Positions 59,695 through 64,000 of a stretch of DNA of 64,000 bases are shown here, piece after piece. The first letter of the stretch is position 1. The number at the start of each line of letters is the position of its first letter. The notes beneath the pieces were generated by a model. The model saw nothing but the letters and a program-made list of their open reading frames with translations. It ran no database searches and was not told the origin of the DNA. The position numbers and the translations under genes are program-made. The stretch comes from an uncultured Acidobacteriota bacterium (GTDB lineage: Bacteria; Acidobacteriota; Thermoanaerobaculia; Multivoradales; UBA5704). The stretch is taken from assembly GCA_963770895.1 (NCBI GenBank), contig CAVYRF010000002.1, positions 992,001-1,056,000 on the forward strand, given 5' to 3'.

Positions 59695-61665
59695 ATGCGC
59701 CACGCCGGACATCGATTCCCCAACGCCCGCGGCGCGCTGTTGCCGGCCTGCCTCGCCAGCTGCCTGCTCGCCTGGGGCGCCGCGCGCCGGCCTGCCGCGT
59801 CGGCGCCGCCGGGCGGCCCTGATGGCGCCCCCCAGCCGCCGGCGGCGCGGCGGTCCACGCCGCCGGCGCAAATCGCCGGCGCCGTCGCCTCCGGACACGC
59901 CAGCGCCAGCGCCGCCGGCTTGAGCATGTTGGCAGCCGGCGGCAACGCCGTGGACGCCGCCGTGGCAACCGCCCTGGCACAGGCCGTGGTCTATCCCGAG
60001 GCCGGCAACCTGGGCGGCGGCGGCTTTGCCGTGGTCAAGATGGGCGACGACGTGCGGGCGCTCGACTTTCGCGAAACGGCGCCGGCAGCGGCCAGCCGCG
60101 ACATGTACCTGGATGCCGCGGGGCACCCGCGCGCCGACGCCGCCAAGGTGGGGCCGCTGGCGGCCGGCGTACCCGGCAGCCCGGCCGGCCTCTACGAGCT
60201 GCACCACGCCCTCGGCAGGCTGCCCTGGGCGCAGGTGGTCGCGCCGGCCATCCGGCTGGCGCGCCAAGGCTGCCCGGTCGACGCGCACCTCCATGCCCTG
60301 CTGGCGGCGGACGCGCAGCGGCACATGCTGGCATCCTTTCCGCAGTCCGCGGAGCGCTGGCTGCCCGGCGGCCAGCCGCCGCCCCAGGGCGCCAACGTGC
60401 AGCTCCCCGAGCTTGCCGCAACCCTGGAGGATTACGCCAGGCGCGGTCCGGCGGCGATCGTCCAAGGGCGGGTTGCCGAGGCGGTGGCGGCGGCCAGCCG
60501 TCGCCACGGCGGCGTCCTTGAGGCCGGCGACCTGGCCGCCTACCGGCCGCAGTGGCGCCAGCCGGTGCGCTTCAGCGCCTTTGGCTGGCAGGTCGCCAGC
60601 ATGCCGCTGCCGTCGGCGGGCGGCATCCTGATCGGTCAGACCTGCGGCATGCTGGAGGGCCTGCACTGGGCGGACCTTCCCGCCGGCGGCGCCGACCGCC
60701 CGCACCTGCTGATCGAAGCGTTCCGCCGCGCCTTTGCCGATCGCATGCTGCTCGCCGACCCGGCGGCCAGCCGCGCCACGGTGGCGGATCTGCTCGATCC
60801 GCGGTGGATCGCCACGCGCGCCGCCGGGATCGATCCACGGCGCGCCACGGCGTCCGCGGCGCTCGCTCCGTGGCCCGCCGGCAACGCCACGGTGGGGCGC
60901 CGCGGCGGCGAAACGACCCACCTGTCGGCGATCGACGGCGACGGCAACACCGTGGCGCTCACCACCACGCTCAACGGCCTTTTCGGCTGCGGCCTGTTCG
61001 TGCCCCAGCTCGGCTTTCTCAACAACGAGATGGGCGACTTCGCCATCGCCCCGGCGGCCGCCGCCGGCGTGGCGGTGGCGGCGGCCCAGGCGTCGCCCAA
61101 TGGGGTCGCACCGGGCAAGCGTATGCTCTCCAGCATGGCGCCGACGATCGCGTGGCGGGAGCAGGAAGTGATCGCCCTGGGCGGGCGCGGCAGCATGCGC
61201 ATCCCCACCAACGTCGTGCAGGTGCTGCTCGCCGTGCTGGTCGATCACGCCGGCCTGCAGGCCGCGGTCGACCGGCCGCGCCTGCATGCACAGCCACCCC
61301 AGGACCCGGCCCAGGGAGGCCACACCCAGGCGGCTGGCAGCGCGCCGGCGGCACCGGCAGCCGACCGCGTCGAAGTCGAGCCGGGCGCGCTGTCGGCGGC
61401 GGTCCAGCAGGAGCTGACACGGCGCGGCCACCACCTGGTGCCACCAGGGATCGGCGAGCAGGCGCGCGTCAACGCCGTGCAGCGCCTGGCCGACGGCAGC
61501 TTCGCGGCGGCCGTCGACCAGCGCGGCGACACCGCCCTGGACGGCGCCCGCGTGCTGGCGCCACCGCCGGCCCCGCACGCCGGATCCGCGTCCCCCTCCG
61601 CCGCCGCCCACCCGCCCGCCGCGCCGTCTCCGGCGGCAGACACCTTTCCGAGGAATCCACGATGA
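59695..61665 (+). CDS. ggt: Gamma-glutamyltransferase
   Basis: GGNAVDAAVA, GGGGF, DFRETAP, ETTHLS nucleophile, LNNEMGDF, KRMLSSMAP. Confidence 0.92.
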   Translation: MRHAGHRFPNARGALLPACLASCLLAWGAARRPAASAPPGGPDGAPQPPAARRSTPPAQIAGAVASGHASASAAGLSMLAAGGNAVDAAVATALAQAVVYPEAGNLGGGGFAVVKMGDDVRALDFRETAPAAASRDMYLDAAGHPRADAAKVGPLAAGVPGSPAGLYELHHALGRLPWAQVVAPAIRLARQGCPVDAHLHALLAADAQRHMLASFPQSAERWLPGGQPPPQGANVQLPELAATLEDYARRGPAAIVQGRVAEAVAAASRRHGGVLEAGDLAAYRPQWRQPVRFSAFGWQVASMPLPSAGGILIGQTCGMLEGLHWADLPAGGADRPHLLIEAFRRAFADRMLLADPAASRATVADLLDPRWIATRAAGIDPRRATASAALAPWPAGNATVGRRGGETTHLSAIDGDGNTVALTTTLNGLFGCGLFVPQLGFLNNEMGDFAIAPAAAAGVAVAAAQASPNGVAPGKRMLSSMAPTIAWREQEVIALGGRGSMRIPTNVVQVLLAVLVDHAGLQAAVDRPRLHAQPPQDPAQGGHTQAAGSAPAAPAADRVEVEPGALSAAVQQELTRRGHHLVPPGIGEQARVNAVQRLADGSFAAAVDQRGDTALDGARVLAPPPAPHAGSASPSAAAHPPAAPSPAADTFPRNPR

Positions 61666-63287
61666 TTGCGACGGCTCTGCGTATCCTGGCAACCCGCCTG
61701 CCCCGGCTGCCCCGCCTGTCCGTGCTGTCCGTCCTGGTGGTGGCGGGGTTGGCCGGTCCAGGTCTGGCCGGTCCGGCTGCCCAGGCGGCTGCGGCACCCG
61801 GTCCCCAACCCGCTCCTCAGGCCGCGCCGGCCGCCCCTGACGCCGCCGGCCAGGCGTCGACGCAGAACTTTGCCGAGAAGGTCCTGGTGCGCGAGATCGA
61901 AGTCATCGTCGAGATCCCCACCACGCTGCGCGAGTCGCGGCGCAAGGAGCTCGGCACGCGCGATTTCCAGGTGCAGGAAGACGGCGTCTTCCGGCAGGTG
62001 GTCAAGGCGTCGCCGGTGGCCTCCGCGGGCGACCCTTCGCCCTGGCGGCTGGTGCTCTATTTCGACCGCGTCCTGGCGGACCCCGCGACCATCTTCGTCA
62101 CTGCCAATGCCCTGGCCCGCCATGCCGGCCACCTCGCCGCCCTGGGCGAAGTGGACGTCGTGGTGGCCGATCCGCTGCCGCACTCGCTGCTCGTGACCCA
62201 CGAGCCGAAGGACCTGGAGCAAGCCCTGATCGACGTCGCCGCGCGCGCCGAACGCCAGCGCAGCGGCGAGGCCAGCGCGACCCCGCGGCCCGACGCCGCG
62301 GCGGTGACGACGCAGGAAGACCGCCTGGTCAACCTGCTCACCGCCATGCCGCCCGGCGGCCCCCACGCGCTCTTCCTGGTCGCCAACGGCTTCGACACCT
62401 CGACCTCGGGCGGCAATGCCGACCATGCCGCCCAGGCCGTCGCCGAAGAACCGGCGCGCACCCTGGCGGCCTACGGCTGGGTGACCTTCGCCGCCCCGAT
62501 GCGCAAGGACGAAAAAGACGTCGAGCGGCGTGAGGTCACCGACATCGAGCGCATGCGCCAGGCGGAATCCGGCACGCCGGGCAGCGTGGTGCCGCCCGAA
62601 ACCGCGGCGCAGCTCGGGCCGCGCTCCAAGCTCAACTACGACGGAGTGCTCGACCTGTTCACCGAGCCGGCCTCCGCCTCGCTCAACGCCGTGGCCGCCG
62701 CCACCGGCGGCACGGTCGTCGGCTTCCCCAGCCAGCTCGACGGGGTGATCGCCGGCATCGCCAAACGCTGGCACCTGTTCTATCTGGCTCCCGACCCCGA
62801 AGACGGGCGCCCGCATCCGGTCGAAGTGCGGCTGGTCCCCGAAAACAACATCCTGCGCGCGCCGGTCTGGCGCCGCTCCTCGACTCCCGACGAAGCCAGC
62901 GCCGCCCGCGCGCGCCAGCTGCTCAGCGGCGCCGCCGACCACGGCACCCTGACGGTGCGGGCGGCCGCGTCGCCCCACGCCGTGCGCGTCACCCTGGGCG
63001 CCTGGAGCACCCCCGACAACAACCCGCCCGGTCCCTTCCGCGTCACCTTCGCCTTTGCCAGTGCCGGTGCCGGCGCCACCGCCGGCGCCAACAGCGCTCC
63101 CGTCGTCGTCCAGCACCGCCTGCTCACCCAAAGCGACCTGACCGAAAAAGGCTGGACCTCCACCGTGGCCGTCGACATCCCCGCCGCCAGCCGGCGCGTC
63201 GCGATCACCGTCGAAGACCTGGCGCACCAGCTGTGGGGAGGCACCACCCTCGACCTGAACCCCGCCGCCACCGCCGGCCACCCCTAG
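61662..63287 (+). CDS. Secreted VWA-related (acidobacterial-type) protein
   Basis: Signal-like N-terminus; DFQVQEDG; LVLYFD; AAATGG; Y..P...DGR.H.VEV; ATGA overlap with ggt. Confidence 0.6.
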   Translation: MIATALRILATRLPRLPRLSVLSVLVVAGLAGPGLAGPAAQAAAAPGPQPAPQAAPAAPDAAGQASTQNFAEKVLVREIEVIVEIPTTLRESRRKELGTRDFQVQEDGVFRQVVKASPVASAGDPSPWRLVLYFDRVLADPATIFVTANALARHAGHLAALGEVDVVVADPLPHSLLVTHEPKDLEQALIDVAARAERQRSGEASATPRPDAAAVTTQEDRLVNLLTAMPPGGPHALFLVANGFDTSTSGGNADHAAQAVAEEPARTLAAYGWVTFAAPMRKDEKDVERREVTDIERMRQAESGTPGSVVPPETAAQLGPRSKLNYDGVLDLFTEPASASLNAVAAATGGTVVGFPSQLDGVIAGIAKRWHLFYLAPDPEDGRPHPVEVRLVPENNILRAPVWRRSSTPDEASAARARQLLSGAADHGTLTVRAAASPHAVRVTLGAWSTPDNNPPGPFRVTFAFASAGAGATAGANSAPVVVQHRLLTQSDLTEKGWTSTVAVDIPAASRRVAITVEDLAHQLWGGTTLDLNPAATAGHP

Positions 63288-63361
63288 CGACTCGAGTCAC
63301 CCGTTCCGCCCGGCGGCCGCGCGACCGCTCCTTGCGCACTGCGGCCCAGCGCGGCGTTCCG

Positions 63362-64000
63362 TCAGACCACCAGGTCTTCGGGCGGCGGCGGCGCGCCGAG
63401 CAGGTCCGCCAGGATCGCCAGCGCGGCGTCCAGCTGCCGCGCTTCGGCGGCGGCGCCCAGGCAGATGCGCACCGCGGCGGGGGCGGACGCGGCGGGAGCA
63501 GCGACAAAGGCTGGCGCCGCATTGACGGCGACGCCGCGACGCCGCGCCCACTCGACGAACGGCGCGGCCTGCCAGGGCGGGGGCAGCGTCAGCCACAGGT
63601 GGCAGCTGTGCTGGTGGGACGCCCAGTCCAGGCCGGCGAGCCGGGTGCGGGCGACGTCCTGCCGCCGCGCCACCTCGCGGCGTTTGGCCTCCACCAGCCG
63701 CCGCGCCCGCCCATCGCGCAGCCAGCGGGTCGCCAGGTCGAGCAGTGACGGCGCCGCCACCAGGCCGGACGCAGCCACCTCCGCCTGCAGCCTGGGCACC
63801 AGCGGCTCCGGCGCCACCAGGTAACCCAGACGCATCCCCGGCAGCAGCGCCTTGGCGCCGCTGGTGATGTGGCAGGTGCGCTCCGGCGCCAGCGCCGCCA
63901 GCGGCGGCAGCGGCCCCGGCAGCAGAAACTCGTACGCCCCGTCCTCGATCAGGGTCAGGTCGTGCAGGCGCGCCAGCGCCACCACCTCGCGGCGCCGCGC
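63362..64000 (-). CDS. MocR/ARO8-like PLP-dependent aminotransferase-family protein (5' truncated)
   Basis: LIEDGAY, SGAKALLPGMRLGY, HLWL.LP, VRICLG. Confidence 0.85.
   Translation of the reverse strand, partial: ARRREVVALARLHDLTLIEDGAYEFLLPGPLPPLAALAPERTCHITSGAKALLPGMRLGYLVAPEPLVPRLQAEVAASGLVAAPSLLDLATRWLRDGRARRLVEAKRREVARRQDVARTRLAGLDWASHQHSCHLWLTLPPPWQAAPFVEWARRRGVAVNAAPAFVAAPAASAPAAVRICLGAAAEARQLDAALAILADLLGAPPPPEDLVV

Overview
Very GC-rich chromosomal window, probably Acidobacteriota (Thermoanaerobaculia-like; inferred from gene content, not tested). It is mostly housekeeping: ntrY/ntrX-like pair, selB, proS, rarA, ffh/rpsP-khpA-rimM-trmD-rplS-rnhB, pgsA, tmk-holB, modBC and ggt. Three accessory patches stand out. 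(1) Two short minus-strand ORFs absent from the ORF track (3275-3445, 56 aa; 51719-51847, 42 aa) share a 'RETL..L...V.(A/G)G' leader but have unrelated Cys/Ser/Thr cores. They look like orphan, dispersed RiPP/lanthipeptide-like precursors, and no modifying enzyme is in the window. (2) Two paralogous proteins combine an H-x24-H-x4-C-x2-C zinc-anti-sigma-like N-terminus with a TPR-like body. One (50227-51645) lies between a small secreted protein ending GNIGMDPNGGGG and the second precursor, a candidate peptide-signalling module. The other is probably translated from a CTG start at 11808, coupled to a RelE-like/UvrD/TPR helicase. (3) A SRAP gene plus a toxin-antitoxin cluster. At least six genes have a TAnnnT hexamer exactly 6 nt before the start codon, suggesting leaderless mRNAs. 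I recognised no tRNA, rRNA, CRISPR array or transposase.
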